Assembly (NCBI GenBank): GCA_041742825.1
Contig: JBGTNX010000075.1
Span: 9,960-73,959 of the forward strand
Length of the DNA stretch: 64,000 nucleotides
Direction of reading: 5' to 3'
Origin: Acidimicrobiia bacterium
GTDB lineage: Bacteria > Actinomycetota > Acidimicrobiia > Spongiisociales > ZC4RG35
In this document: piece after piece, positions 28,709 to 38,411 of the stretch
Position numbering within the stretch: position 1 is the stretch's first letter
How the letters are laid out: every line of letters starts with the position of its first letter
Notes under the pieces: model-generated
Databases searched by the model: none
What the model was told of the DNA's origin: nothing
What the model saw: only the letters and a program-made list of their open reading frames with translations
Program-made: the position numbers and the translations under genes

Positions 28709-29659
28709 TCACCTGGCAAGGAGTGAAGGGAGGAACCGGCCCGGTACCCGCTCGAGGTATGAGCCATAGCCCGGATATGCGATCCGGAGCTGGCGCTCCT
28801 CATACTCCGACTTGAAGGCAAAGAAGCCGACGAGGAGGGCGGAAAGAATTGCTCCGGCTGAAGTCGCGAAGAGGAATGAGACACCGAGAAACAACGACAC
28901 GACCGCTGTGTACATCGGGTGCCGCACCCACCGGTACGGGCCGGAGCTGACCAGCCCACCTCCTGCCGCCGGCTCGGGCAAGGCGGTCAGGTTTCGCCCC
29001 AGGCTCCGGGCGCTCCACAGCATCAACCCCACCCCGGCCACTGCCAGGATCGCCCCACCGATGCTCCATGTAGTGACAGTCTCCGGGAGAGCGCCCTGCC
29101 AGACGACGGCCAGGCCAATCAAGGCGAAGCCGACCAATTGCGCTCCGACCCAGATCCGACCCTGTCGCGATGCTGTGACCCACTCCCGCGTGAGGTAGTC
29201 GACATCCTGACCTTCCAACTGAGCGAGATGCTGACAGGCGGTGGCCCGGCCGAGTTCGGCGTCGGGCCAGACCTCGACCAGAGGCTCGAGAACGAAGCGC
29301 CTCTCGCCGGCGCGAGGGTGCGGCACGATCAACTCGGGGCCATCGTCGACCCGGTCTCCGTCTGTGGCCACGATATCGAGGTCGAGGGTGCGCGGGCCCC
29401 AGTGCACCTCCCTTGTCCGACCCTGGCCGACCTCGATCCGGTGCAGAAGTGCCAGCAGCGCATGGGGGTCGGTCTCAGTCGCGACCACAACGACCGCGTT
29501 GAGATAGGGGTCCTGGCCGGGCCCCCCAACCGGCGCCGTCTCATAGAGAGAGGAGACAGCCTCGATCGAGACGCTTTCGGAGAGCTCGTCGATCGCCCGA
29601 CGCAAATGTCCGATACGGTCACCGAGATTCGACCCCATCGAGATGGCGAATCGAGTCAT
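28709..29659 (-). CDS. folK: HPPK (FolK) fused to a C-terminal ICMT/PEMT-like membrane methyltransferase-family domain
   Basis: The N-terminal 160 aa carry HPPK motifs (GSNLGDR, GPRTLDLDIV, VPHPRAGERRFVLEPL). The C-terminal ~150 aa have 4-5 TM helices with GPYRWVRHPMYTA and EERQL..YPGYGSYLERVP. Confidence 0.85.
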   Translation of the reverse strand: MTRFAISMGSNLGDRIGHLRRAIDELSESVSIEAVSSLYETAPVGGPGQDPYLNAVVVVATETDPHALLALLHRIEVGQGRTREVHWGPRTLDLDIVATDGDRVDDGPELIVPHPRAGERRFVLEPLVEVWPDAELGRATACQHLAQLEGQDVDYLTREWVTASRQGRIWVGAQLVGFALIGLAVVWQGALPETVTTWSIGGAILAVAGVGLMLWSARSLGRNLTALPEPAAGGGLVSSGPYRWVRHPMYTAVVSLFLGVSFLFATSAGAILSALLVGFFAFKSEYEERQLRIAYPGYGSYLERVPGRFLPSLLAR

Positions 29660-30018
29660 CTCTCCCGGCTGACAGTCACCGCAACATCAACAAACGGCAC
29701 TTCGATAGGCGCATCCGGTTTGTGGACCGTCACCCCGACCGACACCACATTCGGGTACTCCATCGCCAGATCGGCGATGCCGTGGGCAAGCTTTTCGATC
29801 AGGTCGAAGCTGTTCGAGGCGGCGTAATCGTGAGTTCGCTGGGACAGTTCCCCATAGTCGACCGTGTCCTCCAGCCGATCGCTGGCGGCAGCAGGCCCGA
29901 GATCGATGCCGAGTTCGAGGTCGATCAGGAACCTCTGGTCGTTCTGCTTCTCGAAGGCGAGGACCCCGTGTCTGGCCAGCACTTCGATACCGGAGATGCG
30001 GATCCGGTCGGTCATCAA
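29656..30018 (-). CDS. folB: Dihydroneopterin aldolase
   Basis: 120-aa FolB-like protein (DRIRISGIEVLARHGVLAFEK, VDYGEL). Translationally coupled on both sides. Confidence 0.9.
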   Translation of the reverse strand: MMTDRIRISGIEVLARHGVLAFEKQNDQRFLIDLELGIDLGPAAASDRLEDTVDYGELSQRTHDYAASNSFDLIEKLAHGIADLAMEYPNVVSVGVTVHKPDAPIEVPFVDVAVTVSRER

Positions 30019-30506
30019 CTCATGACGGAGGGAATCAGCGAGCGACCTTCCGGGCCGAGCGCCCTGCCCAGGATCTGTTGAATCACCGCAAGGGCGAGAA
30101 TCGGGTCTTCGACCATCCCGGAGTTGACCAGGAACCCGCCGAGAAGGCCGCCGACGGTGTCGTCAACCGACTCTCTGTGGACGAGAACGCGTGACTTCTT
30201 GCGTGCCATGGCCATGTCGAGAGTCTTGAAGAAAACGATCTGGTCGCGTTGGCCGATGGAGCCGTTGAGGGGCACTGTGTAGGTGGCGATTCCTGCCTCG
30301 CGGTAGGCCGCCACGTTTTGGTTTCCGGCGAGCATCGAGACCACGGTGTTGATCCGGGCTTCTTCCACCAACCAGGTGATTTCCTCTTCACGGCGCACTT
30401 TGCGGTGCTGGAACCCCGACCCACCGACACGATCTGAAACAGCCAGGCGCTCATTGATCACCCAGGTGAATCCCCGGGGCTTTAGTCCTGCTGCCATTCT
30501 TCCCAT
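30015..30506 (-). CDS. Dual-specificity-phosphatase-fold protein lacking the catalytic Cys/Arg/Asp (putative pseudophosphatase)
   Basis: Its layout parallels DSPs (WVINERLAVS, INTVVSML, AGIATYTVPL, then SRVLVHRESVDDTVGG where VxVHCxxGxxRS is expected). Overlaps the folP stop and the folB start. Confidence 0.6.
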   Translation of the reverse strand: MGRMAAGLKPRGFTWVINERLAVSDRVGGSGFQHRKVRREEEITWLVEEARINTVVSMLAGNQNVAAYREAGIATYTVPLNGSIGQRDQIVFFKTLDMAMARKKSRVLVHRESVDDTVGGLLGGFLVNSGMVEDPILALAVIQQILGRALGPEGRSLIPSVMS

Positions 30507-31291
30507 GTCTCCGGATTCACGATAGCGGCGGCAATCCGGAGCGCATCCCGGGATTGGGCCACGTCGTGAACCCGAAATAGCCGTGCACCGCGGTCGAATC
30601 CGATGGCGGTCAGCACTGCCGTCTGCCCGTCGCGTCGCTTGGGGTCTTCCTCCCCGGTCAGTTTCGCCAGTGTCGATTTGCGTGAAGCTCCGAGCATCAC
30701 CGGGAATCCGGAAGCCACGATCTCACCGAGACGTTTGACGAGCTCGAGGTTGTGACGGGTGGTCTTCCCGAAACCGAAGCCAGGATCGACGACAACAGCG
30801 GATGGGTCGACCCCAGAATCGATCAAGCGCAGGGCCTGGCCAACGACGAATGCTCTCACGTCGTCGACCACGTCGTTGTAGCGGGGCTCGGCTTGCATGG
30901 TCCGGGGATCACCGAGCATGTGCATCACGATGACGCCGGCCCGGGAGACCGCGGCCAGCTCGATCATGTCCGGATCGCGGAAACCCGTGACGTCGTTGAT
31001 CACGGATGCCCCGGACGCGATGGCGAGTGCCGCCACCTCGGGTTTGGAGGTATCGATGCTCACGGTGACTCCACGATCGACGAGGGCCCTGACTACCGGA
31101 AGCACCCTTTCGGCCTCCTCACCTGCGGGGACCGCCCCGGCCCCGGGGCGCGTCGACTCCCCGCCAACATCGATGATCGTTGCCCCATCGGCGACCATCG
31201 CCTCACCTGCGGCAACGGCCGTGTCGACATCTAGGTAGTCGCCCCCGTCGGAGAACGAGTCCGGGGTTACGTTGAGGATCCCGACCAGCAA
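30482..31291 (-). CDS. folP: Dihydropteroate synthase
   Basis: GILNVTPDSFSDGG, IIDVGGESTRPG and NDVTGF. The ORF opens at 31471, but that would overlap folE by 130 nt, so I chose TTG 31291 (M-LVGILNVTPDSF). Confidence 0.88.
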   Translation of the reverse strand: MLVGILNVTPDSFSDGGDYLDVDTAVAAGEAMVADGATIIDVGGESTRPGAGAVPAGEEAERVLPVVRALVDRGVTVSIDTSKPEVAALAIASGASVINDVTGFRDPDMIELAAVSRAGVIVMHMLGDPRTMQAEPRYNDVVDDVRAFVVGQALRLIDSGVDPSAVVVDPGFGFGKTTRHNLELVKRLGEIVASGFPVMLGASRKSTLAKLTGEEDPKRRDGQTAVLTAIGFDRGARLFRVHDVAQSRDALRIAAAIVNPETWEEWQQD

Positions 31292-31341
31292 ACCCCGGGC
31301 CAGGGAGTGCTCGGCGCCCCCGGTCCTCCAGACGCTGACGG

Positions 31342-31932
31342 CTATCTCCCGGTTCCGAAGAGGAGCGCCATCGCCTCCGATCTGGTCTTGGCGTTCGACT
31401 CCATCACGCCGCGGACTGCCGAGGTAACGGTCTTGGCGCCCGGCTTGCGGACCCCTCGCATCGACATGCATAGGTGCTCGGCCTCGATGACGACGATCAC
31501 CCCGAGTGGGTCGAGGCGCTCACAGAGGCTGTCAGCGACTTGGGCTGTCAACCGCTCCTGCATCTGCGGCCTTCGGGCGAAGCCGTCGACCAGGCGGGCC
31601 AGCTTCGACAACCCGGTTACCCGACCCCGGGGCATGTACCCGACGTGGGCTTGACCGTGGAACGGGACGAGATGGTGCTCACACATCGAGTAGAACGGGA
31701 TCTCGCGGACGATGACGATCTCCTGGTAGTGCTCGTCGCCGAAGAAGGCGTCCACTACTTCCCCGGGGTCGGTACCGATATTGGCGAAGACCTCGGCATA
31801 GAACCGTGCCACACGTTCGGGTGTCTCTCTCAGGCCTTCTCGATCCGGGTCGTCGCCGACGGCTTCGAGTATCTCCCTCACTGCCTTTTCGATCCGGCCC
31901 TTATCCACTTTGCTCTGGTCGATCTCTGCCAT
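31342..31932 (-). CDS. folE: GTP cyclohydrolase I
   Basis: [14 protein letters not shown], and LQERLT in the form [10 protein letters not shown]. Confidence 0.95.
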   Translation of the reverse strand: MAEIDQSKVDKGRIEKAVREILEAVGDDPDREGLRETPERVARFYAEVFANIGTDPGEVVDAFFGDEHYQEIVIVREIPFYSMCEHHLVPFHGQAHVGYMPRGRVTGLSKLARLVDGFARRPQMQERLTAQVADSLCERLDPLGVIVVIEAEHLCMSMRGVRKPGAKTVTSAVRGVMESNAKTRSEAMALLFGTGR

Positions 31933-31967
31933 ATGGGAAGCCTAACCCGGTTATTCGACTGGCCCCC

Positions 31968-31996
31968 TTGACAAACTGTCACAGTGACGGCATAAT
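31968..31996 (+). promoter_or_regulatory. Near-consensus sigma-70-type promoter with an internal palindrome
   Basis: TTGACA (31968-31973), a 17-nt spacer, then CATAAT (31991-31996). The spacer contains the palindrome GTCAC-A-GTGAC (31978-31988), and another GTCAC half-site lies at 32011-32015. Confidence 0.6.
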
Positions 31997-32059
31997 GATG
32001 TCAATATGGTGTCACAAGATAGTCAAACCGGCATCACCAAGCATAGAAGGAGAAGGACA

Positions 32060-32137
32060 ATGATCTGGATACGATCCACCGATAGCCTCGAAGCACAACT
32101 CAACGAGCGCATCAGGCACTTCCGCAAGACAAGGTGA
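32060..32137 (+). CDS. Candidate 25-aa small ORF (MIWIRSTDSLEAQLNERIRHFRKTR)
   Basis: An ATG 7 nt after AAGGAG, about 60 nt downstream of the promoter above. Its stop is 7 nt before the next gene start. Confidence 0.3.
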   Translation: MIWIRSTDSLEAQLNERIRHFRKTR

Positions 32138-32144
32138 TAGGAAA

Positions 32145-32612
32145 ATGCAAATAGACCATCTACTCGTCGAACTGGAACAACAGGTCGAAAGCCAACTCCG
32201 ATTCGCCGACCCGCTCAAAGTGGACCTGATCAGCGAAGTTCTCGAAGTGATCCACCCCGCAGTGCGGCAAACCATGTTCCGTGTAGTCGAGACGGCCATG
32301 GCCGAGATCAACTCCCAGTTGACCGGCCAGGCCGTCGAGATCCGACTGGTGGATGGTGACCCGGAGCTACTCGTGACCGCCGCCGCCGCTCCCCCGCCTC
32401 CGCCGCCACCCGAGGCGCCCGACGCACCCGAGGCCGAGGGATTCGACGAGGCCAGGATCACATTGCGGATCCCCGGCTACCTCAAGGAGATCATCGCCGA
32501 TGCCGCCCGGAATGCGGGCGATTCGGTGAACTCCTACGTGGTGGATGCACTTCGCACGGCCGCGCCGCCGGCGAACCCGAAGAAATCTATCAACCGCAAG
32601 ATCCACCTCTGA
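32145..32612 (+). CDS. Hypothetical protein with poly-Pro linker and C-terminal ribbon-helix-helix (HicB/Arc-like) motif
   Basis: The C-terminus ARITLRIPGYLKEIIADAARNAGDSVNSYVVDAL resembles RHH antitoxin-type DNA-binding domains. AAAAPPPPPPPEAPDAPEAEG forms the linker. Confidence 0.6.
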   Translation: MQIDHLLVELEQQVESQLRFADPLKVDLISEVLEVIHPAVRQTMFRVVETAMAEINSQLTGQAVEIRLVDGDPELLVTAAAAPPPPPPPEAPDAPEAEGFDEARITLRIPGYLKEIIADAARNAGDSVNSYVVDALRTAAPPANPKKSINRKIHL

Positions 32613-33388
32613 TGGAGAAGTCCTTCGAGGTAGGCAGCGATGGTGCTCTCGACGTGCGGATCGCCTCTGGGAAGATCGAGGTGAAACGGGGCCGGGAGGG
32701 CGTCATCGTGATCAGAGGCCGCGGAGACACCGAGAACCTCGTCGTGGAGCAACACGGGTCTACCGTCTGGGTGTCTTCTGAGCCTCGTTCGACCCAGATC
32801 TCGAAGCGGATCCACATCGGGGTGGGAAGATCGGTCTATCTCTCCATCGAGGTGCCTGACGGCATCGACATCGATGTCAACGTCGCCTCCGCCGACCTGG
32901 AGTGCGATCCGGTGTCAGCCCGACTCAACGTCAACTCAGCTTCGGGCGATATCCGTTTCACCGATACCGGCGACCTGACCGTAAAGACCGCAAGCGGCGA
33001 CGTCCACGGTCGCACGGTCAGCGGAAAACTCAACTTTGTCAGCGCTTCAGGCGACCTCCACATCGATTCGATCGGCGACCGGGCTTCTGTCTCCACCGCT
33101 TCGGGAGATATTCAGATTGGGGAGGCACGGGGACCGATTACCACCTCGACGATGTCAGGCGACGTCGAAGTCCGCAGATTCGGCGGCGACGATTTCGCTG
33201 CCAAGTCGATGTCCGGCTCGATCGACATCGGGATTCCTGCAGGGAGCAGTGTCGACCTCGACGCCACGACTCTGTCCGGCGACATCATCCTCCCCGAACC
33301 CCAGGACGCGCCTTCAGGAACCCTGGCAGGGAGTGTCGACCTCAAGGTGAAACTCGTCTCCGGTGATCTCAAAGTCCGTCGGGTCTGA
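32612..33388 (+). CDS. DUF4097-family beta-repeat protein (putative adhesin fold)
   Basis: Repeated (A/M)SGD(I/V/L) strands: ASGDIRF, ASGDVHG, ASGDLHI, ASGDIQI, MSGDVEV, MSGSIDI, LSGDIIL, VSGDLKV. There is a 1-nt TGATG overlap with the upstream gene. Confidence 0.8.
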   Translation: MEKSFEVGSDGALDVRIASGKIEVKRGREGVIVIRGRGDTENLVVEQHGSTVWVSSEPRSTQISKRIHIGVGRSVYLSIEVPDGIDIDVNVASADLECDPVSARLNVNSASGDIRFTDTGDLTVKTASGDVHGRTVSGKLNFVSASGDLHIDSIGDRASVSTASGDIQIGEARGPITTSTMSGDVEVRRFGGDDFAAKSMSGSIDIGIPAGSSVDLDATTLSGDIILPEPQDAPSGTLAGSVDLKVKLVSGDLKVRRV

Positions 33389-33416
33389 CCCCAATCGGTC
33401 GAATTGAGACGGAGCG

Positions 33417-35429
33417 TCAGGCGCCGGCGTCTGCGGGGCGGCCCCTGGGGCGAAAACCCTTCTTGGCACGCGCCGGGAGCGGAGACTCGGAGTCCTCGGG
33501 CTCCTCTGCCTTCTTCGCCGCAGCCACCTGCTCCTCGTCACGGGGCTGAGGCAGCACCGGGTTCTCCGGGTAGCGGATTCGCAGCGACCCGCTCTCGGTG
33601 TGCTCCCACTTAGGAATGTCAGAGAAAATCTCGGCGACCCGCTCCCGATCGACCGTTTCATGTTCGAGCAGCTCGGCCACCATGCGCTCCATCGCTTCCT
33701 GATGATGACTCAAGATGACGCGAGCCTCCTCATGGGCAGCGTTGATCATCTTCCTTACTTCTTCGTCGATGAACGCAGCTACCTCGTCTGAATAATCCTG
33801 TTGACGCGAGTAGTCGCGTCCGAGGAAGACCTCACCGTTCGCCTTCCCATACTGCATCGGGCCCAGCTTGTCGCTCATCCCGTACTCCATGACCATCCGG
33901 CGGGCGATCTGGGTTGCCTTCTCGATGTCGTTGGCGGCACCGCTGGTCGGGTCGGCGAAGATGATCTCCTCGGCCGTGCGACCGCCGAGCAACATGGCCA
34001 GCTGGTCGACAAGCTCGGACCGGCGGATCAGGTAACGGTCATGAGTGGGTAATGCGAGGGTGTGACCGAGCGATCGACCCCGGGCGACGATCGTCACCTT
34101 GTGGACCGGGTCGGTGTTGGGCAGGGCAAAGCCGACGAGGGCATGGCCGGTCTCGTGGTATGCGATCAACTTCTTCTCTTCGTCCGTCATGACCCGCGAC
34201 TTGCGCTCCGGACCGGCAATTACCCGCTCGATCGCCTCTTCCAGTTCCGACATGCCAATCTTCTTCTTCTTACGGCGTGCCGTGAGCAGGGCTGCCTCGT
34301 TGATGAGGTTGGCGAGGTCGGCGCCGGTGAAGCCCGGCGTGCGGCGGGCGAGGACCATGAGGTCGATCTCCGAGCCAAGTGGCTTGCCCTTGGAGTGAAC
34401 TTCGAGGATCGCGGCCCGTCCTTCGAGATCGGGTGCATCGACGACGATCTGTCGGTCGAAGCGCCCGGGCCGCAGCAGCGCGGGGTCGAGAATGTCGGGC
34501 CGGTTGGTGGCAGCCATCACAATCACCCCGGAGTTGCCTTCGAACCCGTCGAGTTCTACGAGCAGCTGGTTCAGTGTCTGTTCCCGCTCATCGTGGCCAC
34601 CACCGAGCCCGGCGCCACGGTGGCGCCCGACGGCGTCGATCTCGTCTATGAAGACGATGGCTGGTGCGGTTGCCTTGGCCTGCTCGAAGAGGTCACGGAC
34701 CCGGGCCGCACCGACACCGACAAACATCTCGACGAAGTCGGAGCCGGAGATGGTCATGAAGGGGACCCCCGCCTCGCCGGCGACTGCCCTGGCGAGCAGG
34801 GTCTTACCCGTACCGGGAGGGCCGAAGAGGAGGACGCCTTTGGGGATCTTGGCTCCCATCTGCCGGTACTTGTCCGGGTTGGCGAGGAAGTCCTTGATCT
34901 CCTCGAGTTCCTCTTTCGCCTCTTCGAGACCGGCGACGTCGGCGAAGGTCACCTTCGGCTGCTCTTTACCGACGAGCTTCGCCTTCGACTTGCCGAACTG
35001 CATGACGCGGTTTCCCCCGCCCTGCATCTGCATGAAGATGAAGACCATGAACCCGAGAAGGAACAGCCAGGGCAAGAAGCTGATCAGGTAGTCGAAGAAA
35101 CCGGGGGGCTGGGAATCGACCGATACCGAGGTGCCGGTTGCAATCGCAGTTGCAGTGAGTTCCCCCTCAAAACCGTCCGGGTATGGGGCGATGCGATCCC
35201 ACGCAATTTCCGGTGTGTCGCTGGTATTCCCTTCCGTGCGACCCTGGATCTCGTTGGAGCGCTCCAGGAACTGGACCTCGGCGAATTCGCCTTCTTCCAT
35301 GGCCGAGACGAAGTCCGAAAGCGTTACCTCTTCGGGGCCTGCAACCGTGTCGAACCACCACTGTGCGACCAGGGCCAACATGATAATGGAGACCCCATAG
35401 ATGAGCAGGGTTCGCAAGGTTCGGTTCAC
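33417..35429 (-). CDS. ftsH: ATP-dependent zinc metalloprotease FtsH
   Basis: Two N-terminal TM helices, Walker [15 protein letters not shown] region and Zn motif HETGHAL. Confidence 0.97.
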   Translation of the reverse strand: MNRTLRTLLIYGVSIIMLALVAQWWFDTVAGPEEVTLSDFVSAMEEGEFAEVQFLERSNEIQGRTEGNTSDTPEIAWDRIAPYPDGFEGELTATAIATGTSVSVDSQPPGFFDYLISFLPWLFLLGFMVFIFMQMQGGGNRVMQFGKSKAKLVGKEQPKVTFADVAGLEEAKEELEEIKDFLANPDKYRQMGAKIPKGVLLFGPPGTGKTLLARAVAGEAGVPFMTISGSDFVEMFVGVGAARVRDLFEQAKATAPAIVFIDEIDAVGRHRGAGLGGGHDEREQTLNQLLVELDGFEGNSGVIVMAATNRPDILDPALLRPGRFDRQIVVDAPDLEGRAAILEVHSKGKPLGSEIDLMVLARRTPGFTGADLANLINEAALLTARRKKKKIGMSELEEAIERVIAGPERKSRVMTDEEKKLIAYHETGHALVGFALPNTDPVHKVTIVARGRSLGHTLALPTHDRYLIRRSELVDQLAMLLGGRTAEEIIFADPTSGAANDIEKATQIARRMVMEYGMSDKLGPMQYGKANGEVFLGRDYSRQQDYSDEVAAFIDEEVRKMINAAHEEARVILSHHQEAMERMVAELLEHETVDRERVAEIFSDIPKWEHTESGSLRIRYPENPVLPQPRDEEQVAAAKKAEEPEDSESPLPARAKKGFRPRGRPADAGA

Positions 35430-35507
35430 AACTACCTCGTTTCAAGGCTGAGGAAAAAATTCGTAGCCTCAATGCTACGTCAGATAGCGCCGTAGACGAA
35501 CCCCGAA

Positions 35508-36032
35508 TTAGAGAAGTTCAGGGCCCATCACTCCCACATAAGGAAGGTTCCGGTACTTGCCGGCGTAGTCGAGGCCATAGCCGACCACGAACTCTGGCCC
35601 GATCGCAAAGCCGACGTACTTGACGTCGATCGGGACCCGCTGGATCCCTTCCTTGAGGAGCAAAGTGGCGATCTCCAGCGAGGCGGGCTTGCGTACCTTG
35701 AGACTCTTCAGCAGGTAATTCAGCGTGAGGCCGGAGTCGATGATGTCCTCGACAATGAGAACATGGCGTCCTTCGATTTCCTCGTCGAGGTCTTTGAGGA
35801 TCCGGACCACACCGGAAGTCTGCGTTGATGCGCCATATGAGCTGACCGCCATGAAGTCGAACTCGACTGGGAGGTCGATCTTGCGGGCGAGGTCGGCCAT
35901 GATCATGAATGCCCCGCGCAATACGCCGACCAGCAGGACACTCTCCCCCTTGTAGTCCTCGGTGATCTGAGCGCCCAACTCTGTGAGTTTGGTTTCGATC
36001 TCCTCGGTGGTGATCAGGGGTTTGATGTCCAT
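35508..36032 (-). CDS. hpt: Hypoxanthine phosphoribosyltransferase
   Basis: PRPP-binding motif VLIVEDIIDSGLT. Length is 174 aa. Confidence 0.93.
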   Translation of the reverse strand: MDIKPLITTEEIETKLTELGAQITEDYKGESVLLVGVLRGAFMIMADLARKIDLPVEFDFMAVSSYGASTQTSGVVRILKDLDEEIEGRHVLIVEDIIDSGLTLNYLLKSLKVRKPASLEIATLLLKEGIQRVPIDVKYVGFAIGPEFVVGYGLDYAGKYRNLPYVGVMGPELL

Positions 36033-36096
36033 GGATGCACTTTCAAGTTCGGTGAGGCTTAGAAGGTAGCCCGATATATCGGAGTTCTGCCAACCG

Positions 36097-37038
36097 TCAG
36101 CCCGCTGTCCCCGGAGTCACAACCAGATAGGCACCGCGCTTGGTGACAGAGAGCCCGCCCTCCAACTCCGCGCCCGTGCTGGCGCCGGTCAACACCTTCT
36201 CGATCCTGGCCAGCTCTGCGCCCGAGACCGTTGCCTTTTCCCGGAACGAACCGACCAGGGCTGCGATTGCCCGGGCTCTGAGCGGGGGTTCGAGAGTCAG
36301 GAGAATTCCGGCGGCGACCCGCCCCGTTTTCCCGTCGTTTTCGATCGGGGCAGGTCGCAATCTGTCGAGAAACTCGGAGTCGCCCCGAACATGCTCGGCG
36401 GTACGGGCGAGGGAGTCGACCAGGCTCGGATTGAGCTCTTCCATTCGGGGAATCAGCTCGAGCCTCACGAAGTTGCGGCGTAGTGCGATATCGGTGTTGG
36501 TCGGGTCGTCGACGAATGGCAAGCTGAGGAGTGTGGCCAGCTCACGGGTCTCGTCCCTGGTCACATCGAGAAACGGGCGATAAATCTGCGACGCTCGTTG
36601 ATACGGCATGCCGGAGAGGCCCCTCATGCCCGCACCCCGAATCAGGTTGAGGAGGACGGTCTCCGCCTGATCGTTTCGGGTATGTCCCAACAGCAGGTTT
36701 TCCTCACCCGAGATCGCCCCTTCGAGGGCCTGGTACCTGGCCTCGCGAGCCATCGCCTCTGGCGAGGCGCCCTCCGCCACGACGACGTCGACCACGTCAC
36801 ATTCCATGTCCAAGGCCCGGGCAATGTCCTGTGCCGATCCGGCGAGCCTGTCGGAGGCCGGGAGCCCGTGGTGGACATGGACGCATCGGGGCTTTGCGCT
36901 CGAGGCCAGGCCGGCGATAAAAGCGAGCGCTGCAGAATCTGCTCCTCCGGAGAGGGCGACTACGTGGGGAGACTCCGGAAAACGGGCCTGCTGGTTGATC
37001 GCATCGGCAAGTTCGGTCAGGCGACGCGGTTCAGCCAC
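36097..37038 (-). CDS. tilS: tRNA(Ile)-lysidine synthase
   Basis: PP-loop VALSGGADSAAL. Position next to hpt/ftsH. Confidence 0.9.
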   Translation of the reverse strand: MAEPRRLTELADAINQQARFPESPHVVALSGGADSAALAFIAGLASSAKPRCVHVHHGLPASDRLAGSAQDIARALDMECDVVDVVVAEGASPEAMAREARYQALEGAISGEENLLLGHTRNDQAETVLLNLIRGAGMRGLSGMPYQRASQIYRPFLDVTRDETRELATLLSLPFVDDPTNTDIALRRNFVRLELIPRMEELNPSLVDSLARTAEHVRGDSEFLDRLRPAPIENDGKTGRVAAGILLTLEPPLRARAIAALVGSFREKATVSGAELARIEKVLTGASTGAELEGGLSVTKRGAYLVVTPGTAG

Positions 37039-38039
37039 GATTTCGGGCTCTCGATCTCATCGAGGGTCGGGAGCGAACCTGCTCCCCGGAAAGCCAGGTT
37101 GACCGCGCTCCACCCCGCCTCGCGCTCCACCGTCTTGATGAACTTCTCACCCTTTGCGTACTGATTTACTTTCATCTCGAGGCCGGTAATCCGGAAGAAG
37201 GTTGCAGTCTTTTTGTCTTTCCTTCGCTCCTTCAGAACCCGGCTCATCCTCGCCTGGGACTTGAGGTGGTCGGCCCCGATCCTGTCCATCACGTAGTGGC
37301 CATGCCCTTCGAGCACAGTCATCAGCGCCTGGACACGGTCGACGATCTCGGTCTGCTCAGGGGTGGCAATCAGACCGAAAATTCCCCTCTCGTCGATCAT
37401 CGGCGCTCCCCGGCGGCGGCGGTCGATCACCTCACCGAGTATCGACCCGAGACGTCCCGGGTCCGGGCCGGAAGCTTCGACGAGTTCCTCGACAAGGCCG
37501 CGGAAGTAGCCACGCAACCAGGGAACCCCGGTGAACTGGGCTCGGTGGGTCAACTCGTGCAGAGCGACCCAGAAACGGAATTCCGACGGCCGGAACTGAT
37601 GGATCCGCTCCATCTGGAGGAGATTGGGGCCCACATAGACAACGCTGTCCCCATCCTCGCCGGTGGGCAATACCAGTTCGTATTGGCCGAGTACCCTCCG
37701 CGACAACACGCTGAGCAGGGCGCTGCTCTCCCGGTCGACCAGTTTTTCGACCGTTGCAGCCTGTTCCGGGTCCCGTGATTCGGTCAGCTTGCGGGTCGCG
37801 GGCTCAATGAGGTGTTTGAAACTGGCGAGATTTCGATCCACCCACTCAGTGCGGTCGATGATTGTGGTGCTGGGCGCACCGGTCAGGGCGAGGCCGGTCC
37901 CTGCGGCAACGAGTTCGGAGACGATTGGTGTGATCTTCGCCATTTCGGCATCGAGAGCCGCAAGGTGATAGGTGTCAGCGAGGGGATATTGGCCCGCAAT
38001 CCGACCGGTGATGCCGCTGGTCTGAGACTGCGCGGTCAC
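37017..38039 (-). CDS. Zinc-dependent metalloprotease (actinobacterial Rv3626c-like family)
   Basis: HELTHRAQF (HExxH). I chose GTG 38039 because it forms a GTGA overlap with the upstream gene stop. Confidence 0.75.
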   Translation of the reverse strand: MTAQSQTSGITGRIAGQYPLADTYHLAALDAEMAKITPIVSELVAAGTGLALTGAPSTTIIDRTEWVDRNLASFKHLIEPATRKLTESRDPEQAATVEKLVDRESSALLSVLSRRVLGQYELVLPTGEDGDSVVYVGPNLLQMERIHQFRPSEFRFWVALHELTHRAQFTGVPWLRGYFRGLVEELVEASGPDPGRLGSILGEVIDRRRRGAPMIDERGIFGLIATPEQTEIVDRVQALMTVLEGHGHYVMDRIGADHLKSQARMSRVLKERRKDKKTATFFRITGLEMKVNQYAKGEKFIKTVEREAGWSAVNLAFRGAGSLPTLDEIESPKSWLNRVA

Positions 38040-38344
38040 TCTTCGACGATTCGGTATCGCTTCCTCACCACATTGGTGAAGTACCGACCGGTGGTGGCGA
38101 TTACCACCAGGAGGGCCAGGGCGATTCCCGTCGGGACGAGATAGCGATAAGTCCAATCAGCGATGGCAGCGTCGGGAGGGGGTGTCGTCACTTCGACGGC
38201 AGGACTGATATCAGAGGTGACCGGTGGGGTCTCCCCGACCTCTTCGGGGTCGTCCCCCTCGGTCGCGAACACGGGGAGGGCGAGCAGGACCAGAGCCAGC
38301 AGCGTTGCGAGGGAGAGCGAAGCGGAGCGAGCGGATTTCGTCAT
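38036..38344 (-). CDS. Small secreted, C-terminally membrane-anchored acidic protein
   Basis: Signal peptide SLATLLALVLLALPVFA, an acidic/Pro-Thr segment and a C-terminal TM helix GIALALLVVIATTG. Confidence 0.55.
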   Translation of the reverse strand: MTKSARSASLSLATLLALVLLALPVFATEGDDPEEVGETPPVTSDISPAVEVTTPPPDAAIADWTYRYLVPTGIALALLVVIATTGRYFTNVVRKRYRIVEE

Positions 38345-38411
38345 CGGGGCTCAGAATACCCACGCCCGGGCGATGAGTCGAACCTTGCGAAGGGAGGGAT
38401 CCGGGGCGCAA

